NCBI GenBank assembly: GCA_020536535.1
Contig: JAHLWZ010000216.1
Coordinates: 1-55,449, forward strand
DNA: 55,449 bases
DNA from: Pelomyxa schiedti
Taxonomy: Eukaryota > Protista > Evosea
Direction of reading: 5' to 3'
Shown here: positions 10,888 to 20,748 of the stretch, piece after piece
Numbering within the stretch: the first letter of the stretch is position 1
How the letters are laid out: every line of letters begins with the position of its first letter
The notes under the pieces: generated by a model
The model's database searches: none
Told to the model about the DNA's origin: nothing
Seen by the model: the letters and a program-made list of their open reading frames with translations, nothing else
Translations under genes and position numbers: made by a program

Positions 10888-12604
10888 ATGTCATCGAAAG
10901 GAGGTGCCAAGTGCCTTCGCTGCCATGAAATTACAGGCGTTGACGCCAACACTACCACCGAAAACTGCCTGTTCCTCGCTGCGAAGGGCGGGGACGCGGA
11001 GTCAGTTCGACACGTAATACAAGCACACTCAGTGCACCCAAACACAACAGGAGATTCCCAGGTTACCTTCAACTCCTTTTGCGTTTCATCCACCTTGGTT
11101 TTTTTGTTTGCTTTTGTATTGGGCTTGTGTACTAAAGTAAAAAGAAAAACCCTCTTCATATTGGCCTCTTTTATTTATTCCTACTACTGCATCGATTATT
11201 TTACATTGTATTTCTAACCCGTTTGTGTAATTTTTCCGTATGGCAATGTTCTGTTGTGCTGTTTGTTTTGGATAGAAAGGCTATACTCCTCTTCACACTG
11301 TGTGTATACATGTGCCTACCAATGCTGCAGCCGTAGTTAGAGAGCTATTGAACTCCGGTGCTGATCCTAACTTGGCTACAAAAGATGGTCTCACGCCCTT
11401 GATAATGGCAATTGGGTCCAACAGTATGCAGCTAATGAAAATACTGTTGTCACATGGCGCCAATCCAAACCTTGCAAGGTACTTTGCAGTGGAGTTTACG
11501 CAAAGCTCACCCCTGTCAGTAACCGAGGTGTCACAGCACTACATGTAGCCTCACAGAAAGGAAACGAAAAGATTGCTAGATATCTTGTCACTACATGCGG
11601 TATTTCCATTAACAGCGTAGAAATGGAGCGCGGCTTCAAACCTTACCATGTTGCACTGCAATATGGACACACTGATGTGGTGAAATTCTTCATCAGTCAA
11701 GGACAGGACGCCAATGAACTCACTGCAGTGCATGGTATGCATTGTGACATTACACCGTACCTTACGGGCCTCTCAGAGAACGATAGACTAAGAATACACC
11801 CTTGTGCAATTTTGGCTGTATATAATCAAGCCTCACTTGCCTCTACTCTTTTGCGTGAACATGGCCTTGAACCCACCGTTGGTGGGGAAGGCGACAACGG
11901 CCTTAAACTCCCCCCGCCAATTCACCTTGCCATTAAACACGGACACGTGCAGTTTGTGAAAGCCCTGATTCTGTCATCTTCCCCTGACATTATTAACCTA
12001 AAATACAATGGCACAACTGCCTTGGAGTATGCGGAGAGCTTGAGCGATACTCATGCAGTTGAAATTTTGACACAGTACTCAAACAGCCGCTCAAATCCCC
12101 CGTCAGGTACTCCTGAATGCGGAAATGGGTGTTCTTCAACCACAACAACCACCTCGAGTTCTTCTTCTATTAGCAATGATTCAGAGAACAACTGCTCCAA
12201 AAGAACTCACATGCACACCAATAAACCAAAAGTCAAACACACATGCCTCCAATGTGGTGTTCAAGAAAGAAGACGGGGAGACTTCCTAGCCTGTTCTCGC
12301 TGCAAACAAGCGTTCTATTGCTCCACCGATTGCCAATTACAGTGTGTATTTTCATTCCTCCTTCTATGAAGTAGATATAAGTACAATAGCACCAAAACCG
12401 TTCCCAGCAAGCACTTACCACCTCTTTAGGCACTGGCAGAAAGGCCACCGCAAAGATTGCTGTGTATATCCAGTAGGAGTAGGACCGTCATCCAGTACCA
12501 ACACACATGCTGACAATGACGCGGAAGAAAAGTCATGGCTCCCATGTGGTGGGGGATTTGCCTTCCTGCAGTCCTACTTCTCTTCTTCAGACCACAGAGA
12601 ATGA
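10888..12604 (+). CDS. Ankyrin-repeat protein with a C-terminal MYND-type zinc finger
   Basis: Ankyrin repeats LFLAAKGGDAESVRHVI, GYTPLH, GLTPLIMAIGSNS, ALHVASQKGNEKIARYLV, PYHVALQYGHTDVVKFF and PIHLAIKHGHVQFV. Then CLQCG...CSRCKQAFYCSTDCQ/...HWQKGHRKDC (MYND). Confidence 0.82.
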
Positions 12605-12810
12605 TTGCCCACAGGTTCCTTTTTCCGGAACCACTGCACACTGTACATATGCCAAAGCAAAAGAAAAGCCTCATGTCCATAAATACTACAGAAATCGTTG
12701 GGAACAGCTGCGAGTACTTCCAGTTTCCACTTTTTTTCAAATTGAAAAACCATTTTGCAAAACTTGAACTTTATGCTTATTGCCTATGACGTGGCCTGAA
12801 AGGAAACAAA

Positions 12811-14034
12811 ATGGAAGAAGGCGAGGTGAAGGAGGCGTCGAGGCGGCACGTGGCGTGGGCGCGGGATCAATTCCTCGCAGTTGCACTGTGTCATCATCGT
12901 CGGTGTGGTCGCCGCAGTCCCGCGCGCGTGCTGCCTCACCCAGTCCTCGTTGATGTCATTGGCAGGGAACTCGTCATGTCGCCGTGCAAAACTGTGTCGG
13001 TCAATGTCAGAGTGGTGAAATATTCACCGGTGCCCACAGTTGTGTGTGTGGGCGTGTCATTCACTTTGGGTGTGACGTGGCTGCGGGAGAGGCAAGAAGA
13101 CGGCAGTTTTCAGACTTGCTTCGAAGACGGTGTTTTGGAGATGCGCAGCCGTGGCAGTGACTACGATCTGGTGATGAAAGACTGGGGAACTGGGTTGGAG
13201 CGTGTGGAATGGAGGGGCGGCGGGTTTTTTTTAAGCGAGGTGATGAGGAATGACAAGTGGATGCTCGTGGAATGGAAGAGGCAGAATGAGAGCCCCAGCA
13301 AGAAGCCAGAGGAAAGGCTGCTCCTGCCGGTTTTGGGGGCCAATGTCCGCGGGGAGTGTCGCAGTGTGATGGCCCCGCAGGGAGTTCATTTCAAGTGGAT
13401 TGCGATGTTGGACGGTGATGATGCCATTGTGTCAACTCTGCCCCTGAGCGGGGACCATAAGCTCAAAGAAACGCTTTGGCGTGTGAATCTGAGGGAAACG
13501 TACAACACCTCCCAATTTGTGCCCATTGCACAAATTCCTGGTTACACCAGCAACATGAATCGGCAGATTGAGATGATGTCGAACTCCCGCGAGAATGGCC
13601 TCATTGCGGCTGTGTGTGACCAGAGATATGGGTATGAAGGTAGGAATTCTTGCCAGCTGATACGATTGCGGCCAAACTCGAAATCCCGGGAATTGCTGCG
13701 AGGGGGAAGGCCCAAGCCATTCAGGATTGATTCCAGCCACTGGTTGGAAGCAGTATCAGATGACAGCAACCCATCCAATGTCACCCTCAGGTTGTTCTCC
13801 ACAGAGGACTTGGACAATCCAATTCGCGAGTTTACCTACCCCGATGCGGCACAAGTGAGTTGCAGCAACGGGTTCATTGTATTTCTTGTGCGAAGCAAGC
13901 CTTTCTGTCACATTGACATTGTTGATGCTCTTTCTGGCGCGTGGATCCTCCGCCACCCTCTCCCGTTGGATAGTGACGTTATTGCGTATTTGGACGGACA
14001 TGAGTTCGACCCAATCCATCCAAAACACTACTAG
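12811..14034 (+). CDS. Intronless 407-aa protein of a lineage-specific family (N-terminal HVAWARDQF..HxRCG..SPARVLP motif), paralog 1
   Basis: Long uninterrupted ORF with ATG in an A-rich context (aaacaaaATG). Collinear similarity over its whole length to 15206-16426. Confidence 0.85.
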   Translation: MEEGEVKEASRRHVAWARDQFLAVALCHHRRCGRRSPARVLPHPVLVDVIGRELVMSPCKTVSVNVRVVKYSPVPTVVCVGVSFTLGVTWLRERQEDGSFQTCFEDGVLEMRSRGSDYDLVMKDWGTGLERVEWRGGGFFLSEVMRNDKWMLVEWKRQNESPSKKPEERLLLPVLGANVRGECRSVMAPQGVHFKWIAMLDGDDAIVSTLPLSGDHKLKETLWRVNLRETYNTSQFVPIAQIPGYTSNMNRQIEMMSNSRENGLIAAVCDQRYGYEGRNSCQLIRLRPNSKSRELLRGGRPKPFRIDSSHWLEAVSDDSNPSNVTLRLFSTEDLDNPIREFTYPDAAQVSCSNGFIVFLVRSKPFCHIDIVDALSGAWILRHPLPLDSDVIAYLDGHEFDPIHPKHY

Positions 14035-14639
14035 AGTGATAAATTGTTTTTTCAAAAAGGAACAAAATATGGTCCTTACCAACAGATCAAAAATGGAACC
14101 GTGTTTTCGTTTAGACATGAACTACTGTAAGTCTCAGTAAAGGAAAAAAAACCGGGTGGGAAAACTAACCTTGCTTTTGGAATATACTCAGTTATAGTAG
14201 CCATATCTGCATCATAATGAATTTGTTGAAAGAAAGCATCCCAAGCCACAACAGTCCAAGTGGAATGGAATATCCTTCAGCCAACACAACGCAGCAACTA
14301 GTCAGAATGGGAAATTGCCCCACAAAATCCATCCCGCCACAAAGCCACAAGTCCCTCTCAAAGAGCCTCCACAGTGCCAAGAAAATCGAGAAGAGAGAGC
14401 TCCGAAAAATTCCCCCCATGACAGTGGCGTTTTTCCATCTCCTCCAAAGTTGTGAACTACTGGTTAATCCAGGAGTATCACGTTACCGGAACTACCTTCT
14501 GCATGAGATGATACTGGCCCGTAAAACTGGATGCTGAATGGTTGATCCACACATTCCACATCACACTGGATAATGTGAGACAAAACACCGAAATGCTTCC
14601 CCTTTTTTCTCACTCACAAGTCCTCGAAGACAGTTTTTT

Positions 14640-15120
14640 GGAGATGCATAGCGGAGGGAAACATACAACACCTCCCAATTTGTGCCCATTGCACAAATTT
14701 CTGGTTACACCAGCAACATGAACTCCCGCAAGCATGGCCTCATTGCAGCTGTGTGTGACCAGAGAAAAGAATATGCAGGTTGCCATTTGATAAGATTGCG
14801 GCCAAACTCGAAATCCCGGAATTGCTGAGAGGGGGAAGGCCCAAGCCACTCAGGATTGATTCTAGCCACTGGTTGGAAGCAGTATCAGATGACAGCAACC
14901 CATCCAATGTCACCCTCAGGTTGTTCTCCACAGAGGACTTGGACAATCCAATTTGTGACAAGTGAGATGCAGCAACGGTTCACTGCATTTCTTGTGCGAA
15001 GCAAGCCTTTCTGTCACATTGACATTGTTGATGCACTTTCTGGCTCATGGCTCTTCCGCCACCCTCTCCCGTTGGATCGTTTCGTCTATGCATCTTTTGA
15101 TAGACATGATTTCATATAAT
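14640..15120 (+). pseudogene. Truncated, frameshifted copy of the 3' half of 12811-14034
   Basis: Near-identical DNA to about 13490-13980 (e.g. acaacacctcccaatttgtgcccattgcacaaat; ggttggaagcagtatcagatgacagcaacccatccaatgtcaccctcaggttgttctccacagaggacttggacaatccaatt), with several deletions and frameshifts. The 3' flank tcaaaaaggaa(c/t)aaaatat(g/t)gtccttaccaa is also shared. There is no matching 5' half. Confidence 0.88.
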
Positions 15121-15205
15121 CATCAACGATTCTCAAAAAGGAATAAAATATTGTCCTTACCAATACATGACTGTGCGAAGTATCGTAGTGTGCAGTAGAA
15201 GATAA

Positions 15206-16426
15206 ATGGAGCCACAGACCGATGCATATAAACCAACACATGTAGCATGGGCACGGGATCAATTCGTCGCACTTGCACTGAGTCATCACCCTCGATGCGG
15301 CTGCTCGAGCCCTGCCCGAGTCCTGCCTCAACCAGTCCTCGTTGATGAAATTGGCAGGGAATTGGTCATGTCAGTGGAAAGAACTGTGTCAATTGGCATG
15401 AGGGTGCTGTCGGACTTGGCTACACCGTGGTTGTGTGTGAGTCTGTCAGTTACATTGGGGGTGGTGTGGTTGCGTGAGTTCAGGTGCCTTATAAAGGGTG
15501 AAAGTAGCAGTGAGTTCCTTGCTTGCTTTGACGACTGTGTGATGGAGCTGAGAAGAGAGGAAAGAGGAGACGCTGTGGTAGTGAGGACAGAGTGGAACTC
15601 TGGGTTGCAGCACATAGAGTGGACAGGGATTTGCATTTCCCGGGAGCTGAGGCGAAATGACAAATGGATGTTTCTGGGGATCACTGCCGGAACGGAATTT
15701 GTGACGTTGCTATGGCCTGTGGGGGTCAATATCCGCGGGTCATGTCACAATATCGCGAGTCCAAAGGGAATCTCTTTGAGGTGGATTGCGATGTTGGAGG
15801 GTGACGAAGCTCTTGTGTCAACGCTGCCGCAGAACGGGGGACCAAAGCGTAAGGAAGAGCTGTGGTGTGTGAATTTGAGGGAAGCTTATCAGACCTCACT
15901 CTTCTTGCCAAATGCAACAATGCCGGGGTATACAACCAATAGGAAACGGCAGATTGAGATTGTGCTGAAATCTCGCAAGCATGGCCTCATTGCGGCAGTG
16001 TGTGACCAGCGAACCGAATACCGCTCCAAAAATCCCAATTTCTGTGAGCTGAGGTCCATCAGGCCGAATTCAAACGTACGGAGATTGTTGCAGGGAGACA
16101 AACCAACTCTGCTCAAGATTGACGCCAGCCATTTCCTGGAAAGAGGCACAGAGGGCGGCCACGAGACCATCAAGTTGTTCAGCACCGACGACCTGGCGAC
16201 GCCAATTCGCAGGTTTCGTTGCCGCCAAGACACCCAAGTCAGATGCAGCAACGGGTTCATTGCGTTCCAGACACACAGCCGCGTTGACCTTTACGATGCA
16301 CTTTCTGGAACGTGGATGCTGCGTCACCCTTTCCCATCGGATCGCTGTGTTCGCATGTCTCTGGACACACTTCTCTTCAATGCAACAGATCCACATCAAC
16401 CACAAGACATGGACTCGACTCCGTAA
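15206..16426 (+). CDS. Intronless 406-aa protein of the same lineage-specific family, paralog 2
   Basis: Shared blocks with paralog 1: HVAWARDQF, SPARVLP.PVLVD.IGRELVMS, RNDKWM, WIAML.GD.A.VSTLP, GLIAAVCDQR, CSNGFI, DALSG.W.LRHP. Confidence 0.85.
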   Translation: MEPQTDAYKPTHVAWARDQFVALALSHHPRCGCSSPARVLPQPVLVDEIGRELVMSVERTVSIGMRVLSDLATPWLCVSLSVTLGVVWLREFRCLIKGESSSEFLACFDDCVMELRREERGDAVVVRTEWNSGLQHIEWTGICISRELRRNDKWMFLGITAGTEFVTLLWPVGVNIRGSCHNIASPKGISLRWIAMLEGDEALVSTLPQNGGPKRKEELWCVNLREAYQTSLFLPNATMPGYTTNRKRQIEIVLKSRKHGLIAAVCDQRTEYRSKNPNFCELRSIRPNSNVRRLLQGDKPTLLKIDASHFLERGTEGGHETIKLFSTDDLATPIRRFRCRQDTQVRCSNGFIAFQTHSRVDLYDALSGTWMLRHPFPSDRCVRMSLDTLLFNATDPHQPQDMDSTP

Positions 16427-16509
16427 TGACAAAAGAAAACTTTTGGTTTTTTTTCGTTCAAGAAAGGAAGGAAGGTTTTTCTGTTCCAGTCGTTTAATGA
16501 AAAATACAA

Positions 16510-18702
16510 TCAGAGGAGACACCTGGTGGACTTGCTGATAATCCCTAAAAACACCTTACACTGGGCTTTGTTGGTGCATGGACAATCAGCCAGAGCCATG
16601 ACTTGCTTCATTCTTGGACACTTGTACAGTGGCAGGGCTGGGTCAATGAACAGGAAATAGCGATCTTCTTTCTGTGAGAACACATTCCAGTGGGGAACCC
16701 CAGATTTCCAAACCACAGCAACAGCCAACGGGATCCACACGCCGTTGTCTCGCACGCGGCCGAAGTGTGAGCCTATGGGCGGCGGAGGCAATTGTGGGAT
16801 AGAGTTGAGTTCCACAATAGAATAGGTCACATCAACCTCCCTATGCTGGTTGTATCCATGAGACCGCTTGTAGCCACTGCAATGTAAGAAGACTCTCTTT
16901 TTGTTGTCAGATGATAGGAATGAAATGACACCGGAGCTCCTGGAATGGCGCTTTTCAGTGTGCGTAACATCATGTAATCTTCGGCTGAAAGCAGTAAGCC
17001 TGCTGACATCATTATTCTCAGGGGAAGATAGCACAACTGGAACAGAAGCCACCTCAAACTCCCACCTCTTGTATTTGATAAATTCGCGAACAGTATCAAT
17101 CTCTGCCTGCAAGGCACCATAGCTCGTGCATATGTGTGCTCTTCCAGCAATTTTAAATGCCCGCCTTACCGCAAAGAGCAGGCTAACCTGCTCACATGCT
17201 TCCAGGCACCTATGGGAACACAGTGCAAATGTCAGCAGGGATGACATAGCGCCGGCAGTGGAAATAGTAGCTTGGAGTTTGTCCTTTCCTTCGCGGGCTT
17301 GTGGGAATGGAGGGTGCATCAGCATCTCTGCAATGGTAAACAACGCACTTAGAGGTAAAATGTGGTCCAGCCCAGCTTCCTTCCCAATCAGATTGATTCT
17401 ACTTGCGGACTCGCGTGTGCGAAAGGTTGATGGCTGTTGTAGTAATGGAGGTTGCAGATCAGCACAGCCTGTACATTGCACAATGAGGTCAAGCAATGCA
17501 GTGCAGTATTTCTCTTTCTTGCACAAACAGTTTGTGAGGGATCCAAGTTGTTGCATTGGCAATGGTTTAGGCTTCCAGGTTAAACGTGAATCATCCACAA
17601 TTTCTGCCACCGCGATCCAGCCTTCGTTTTTTACCCCTAAATAAACGGAAACAAAACCCTGTCCCCTGACTTGCTCGTAGCTCTCAGGATAGAAACAAGT
17701 CAATTCTCCAACGCACAAAAGGAAAACTTCTATGTGGTCGTCTGTCTTAAACGAAATCGATCCTGTCCACTTCATGTGGCCCTCTTTCTCCTGAAGCTTG
17801 AATCTCTCGAAATGCACTTTACTATGGAAAATCCTGAGCTCCTCTGCAAGTGAATCTTCGTCGTCATGTACATCCCCCTTCAGATACTTTTTGTTATCAG
17901 CAATCACAACCTGACAAGCTGAGCCCTCCATTCTCCTCATCTTCTTTGAACATGAAGCAGTAATTCTTGCTTCCTCGGCTGTACGCCTGATGCCTTCTTT
18001 ATCCCTCCTTCCAGTAAACATACTGTACGCATCCCGCACTGCAAATATTAAACTGGTACACTGGCAGGCTTCCAGGCACCTCCTGGAGCATAGAGAAAAT
18101 TGGAAGAGTGACGAAACATCCACAGCATCCCTTCTGGAGTTCTCATAATTGATATCAGAATCACAGCCACTCGGTATTGAAATGCTAGCATAATCATAAC
18201 GTTCGGTGTCCCAAGCAAACGCTCCACCCCAAATGAAGCCTCCCTCATCTTGATAAGACGGTGACGGGTAAAACTTTCTCCAGAAGTATGAGTCACTCAG
18301 ACGGTCCATGTGAATGCACTTGAGCGAATTTTCCGGTGTGTGACGGGCGTGATTCACCATTGTAGTTTTGGAACTTGCGATTGAAACAGCACTTTGTGGT
18401 CTTTTTTTGTTCGGACGGTGAGGTGGTAGCATGATCATTGAGGCGATGATGGAGAGTACATCAAGTGGCAAAACGTAGTCAAGACCAACAAGTGGTTGCA
18501 GTGTCTGTTGCTTTTGCTCTTGTGTGTGATTTTGTTGTTTTTGTTGGTGCTTGTTCTTTGCGAGTGGTGCTTTCTGAGATTGCTGTCGGTTTTTGTCTTG
18601 CGTGTGCTTGTGTGACTCGAGCCTCCTGCGCTTTGAGCCTCCACGTTGCTGGATTGTACCGTTCTCCGTGTCAGTGTCGCCGCTTTCGTTGTCTTTGCGC
18701 AT
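16510..18702 (-). CDS. Intronless 730-aa protein of unknown function built from two copies of a ~300-aa module
   Basis: Long uninterrupted ORF. Internal repeat: GLDYVLPLDVLSIIASMIMLPP vs GLDHILPLSALFTIAEMLMHPP; SSLFQFSLCSRRCLEAC..SLIFAVR vs SSLLTFALCSHRCLEAC..SLLFAVR; NCLCKKEKYC vs DCPCTNKAQC. Basic SKRRRL patch near the N-terminus. Confidence 0.8.
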   Translation of the reverse strand: MRKDNESGDTDTENGTIQQRGGSKRRRLESHKHTQDKNRQQSQKAPLAKNKHQQKQQNHTQEQKQQTLQPLVGLDYVLPLDVLSIIASMIMLPPHRPNKKRPQSAVSIASSKTTMVNHARHTPENSLKCIHMDRLSDSYFWRKFYPSPSYQDEGGFIWGGAFAWDTERYDYASISIPSGCDSDINYENSRRDAVDVSSLFQFSLCSRRCLEACQCTSLIFAVRDAYSMFTGRRDKEGIRRTAEEARITASCSKKMRRMEGSACQVVIADNKKYLKGDVHDDEDSLAEELRIFHSKVHFERFKLQEKEGHMKWTGSISFKTDDHIEVFLLCVGELTCFYPESYEQVRGQGFVSVYLGVKNEGWIAVAEIVDDSRLTWKPKPLPMQQLGSLTNCLCKKEKYCTALLDLIVQCTGCADLQPPLLQQPSTFRTRESASRINLIGKEAGLDHILPLSALFTIAEMLMHPPFPQAREGKDKLQATISTAGAMSSLLTFALCSHRCLEACEQVSLLFAVRRAFKIAGRAHICTSYGALQAEIDTVREFIKYKRWEFEVASVPVVLSSPENNDVSRLTAFSRRLHDVTHTEKRHSRSSGVISFLSSDNKKRVFLHCSGYKRSHGYNQHREVDVTYSIVELNSIPQLPPPPIGSHFGRVRDNGVWIPLAVAVVWKSGVPHWNVFSQKEDRYFLFIDPALPLYKCPRMKQVMALADCPCTNKAQCKVFLGIISKSTRCLL

Positions 18703-18930
18703 ATGAGTTGGCCCCTTCTGTGTTAATTTGGTTTCATTTGGGTTTGATACCGTAGTTCGCTTGGTGAGTCGTCATCGCATACGGTAAAAAAAGGAGGTTA
18801 AAAAAAAGACCATCCAAACGGTGGCCTTAAATCATCGTAGTTGCTAAGGTGGCCTTAACAACAACTTGCACTCAAGTGAATCATGGGACACAACCCCCAG
18901 TTTTTTTGTCTTCGTTTTTCAAAGAAGACG

Positions 18931-20630
18931 ATGGTTGTGGGTTATCGGTTTTTTGTTCTCGGGGTTTTGTTGGGAGTCTGTGTTGTGGAGAGCCACTTAT
19001 TTGGTACCAATATTCACTTCACAACACCGGTACTTATGGGTTCTTTCCACTCTGTTTGTTTGGCATTTACTAACGAAGAGGTTTTTTTTTGTAGCTTAAT
19101 GGAGAAATGGATATGCTGTCTGCTGTGGGGTGGAACTTTGTGAGGATGGATTTCACATGGTCTGCAACTGAGCAACAGAAGGGTGTATACGACTTCTCTT
19201 CCTATGACATTCTCATGGCAAACCTTGCTACTTATAATGTGCCATAAGTGCACCCTTGAGTGTGGTTGATTTTGATGGTAGATGAGGGCCATATTGATCC
19301 TTGATTATGCTAATCCCTTATATGACGACGGGTTAAGTGTGCATACTGATGAAGGTAGGGAAGCGTTCACAAATTGGGCTATGGCAGGAGTTGGGAGATA
19401 TCAGAATAGAAGTGTATTGTATGTTCCCGTCATTTTTTTTCCCGTACTGATATCTTTGTTTCCAGTTGGGAAATGTACAATGGTACCCTTTGCCTCTCGT
19501 GCATGTCTTTCATTGGTGTTTTGTGCTCTTTTTTTTATTTTTTTTTTCTTTGAGTGTCATTCAGTCTTTTCATGTACTCTTAGAACCAAATATCGATGTT
19601 TTTTGGAAACCAACTCCAAATGTCACGGACTACATCGCTCTTGCCACATCAGTTGGAAAAGGTAACCCACCTTCTTGGTCTATTCCCATATTCAACAACA
19701 GGAATGCAGCAATAAAGTCTCTCTACCCTGGTGAAATCTTCATTGGCCCCGCTACATCACAAATGGATTGGACTTTCCTGGAGGGTTGTTTTCAAGGAGG
19801 CCTGTTGAATTACTTTGACTACGTATCCGTGCACCCGTGCGCCCTTCGAATTCGATTTGTTGGTGTAACCAGTTCAAAAGGTATAGATCAAATAACCCTG
19901 AGTCTGTAACAGAGGATTTTGCAACATTGACTTCGATGATTGCTCAGTACTCTCCCTCAAAGCAAGTACCAATAGTATCCAGTGAGTGGGGATATTCTGA
20001 ACTTTATTCTGTAAGAAGTTACGTTCCTCTTCCCTGGTTCCAAGGAATTGCAGGGTTTATCTCTGGAATTACAAGGAAAATATGCACCACGAATGATGCT
20101 AAATAACCAATTGAACGGGATAGTCTTAAGTATTTGGTACGACTGGCACGATGACTGCACAGATACATCCAACTTAGAATGTTACTTTGGAACAACTGAA
20201 AACGAGTATTACCCCGATAGGTAAGTAAAACATACCCTTTTTCTACTCAATTTTGATGCGATTAGGACCCCTTGCTATGACCCAAAACCAAACTATATTG
20301 CACTGCAGACACTCGCCTACACACTTCAAGACTTCACGGTAATCCATTTAGTTTCCAACTAGTCAAAACCAACCATTCCACAAGTTCTCCGGCACAATCA
20401 AGATGGAACCAAACACAGATATCGGAATGCTCTTCACAAATGACCAAGAAGAAACCACGGCCGTGGCTGCATGGTCCACAACAACACACACTCACACTTC
20501 AAAGATATCAATTCCCGCAGGTTGCTATGACATGATTGACTACCTTGGCAACAACCAAGGGAGTGTGTGTACCAAGGGAACAGTCACCCTTCAATTGGAG
20601 GATTCCCCACTTTACCTTGTTCCACAATGA
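18931..20630 (+). CDS. Secreted clan GH-A glycoside hydrolase (GH5/GH39-like), bacterial-type
   Basis: Signal-like MVVGYRFFVLGVLLGVCVVES, then GTNIHFT, GWNFVRMDFTWSATEQQKGVYDF, RAILILDY, acid/base EPN, YVSVHP/YR, nucleophile SSEWGY, SIWYDW and PKPNY. A C-terminal beta-sandwich ends at QLEDSPLYLVPQ. Multiple GT-AG introns. Confidence 0.82.
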
Positions 20631-20748
20631 AAAACCCAAAAATAAATGGCGTTTTTTGAAACTCGAGCTTTTGTGGTGGCCAGAATGCAAATTATAAAAC
20701 AAAATTTATTCTCAATCCTCTTTTTTGAACTACAAAAGGCTCTCTTCT

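Noticed and set aside
14217-14537. 106-aa ORF between paralog 1 and the pseudogene
   Set aside because: It has no recognisable motif and no similarity to the flanking family.
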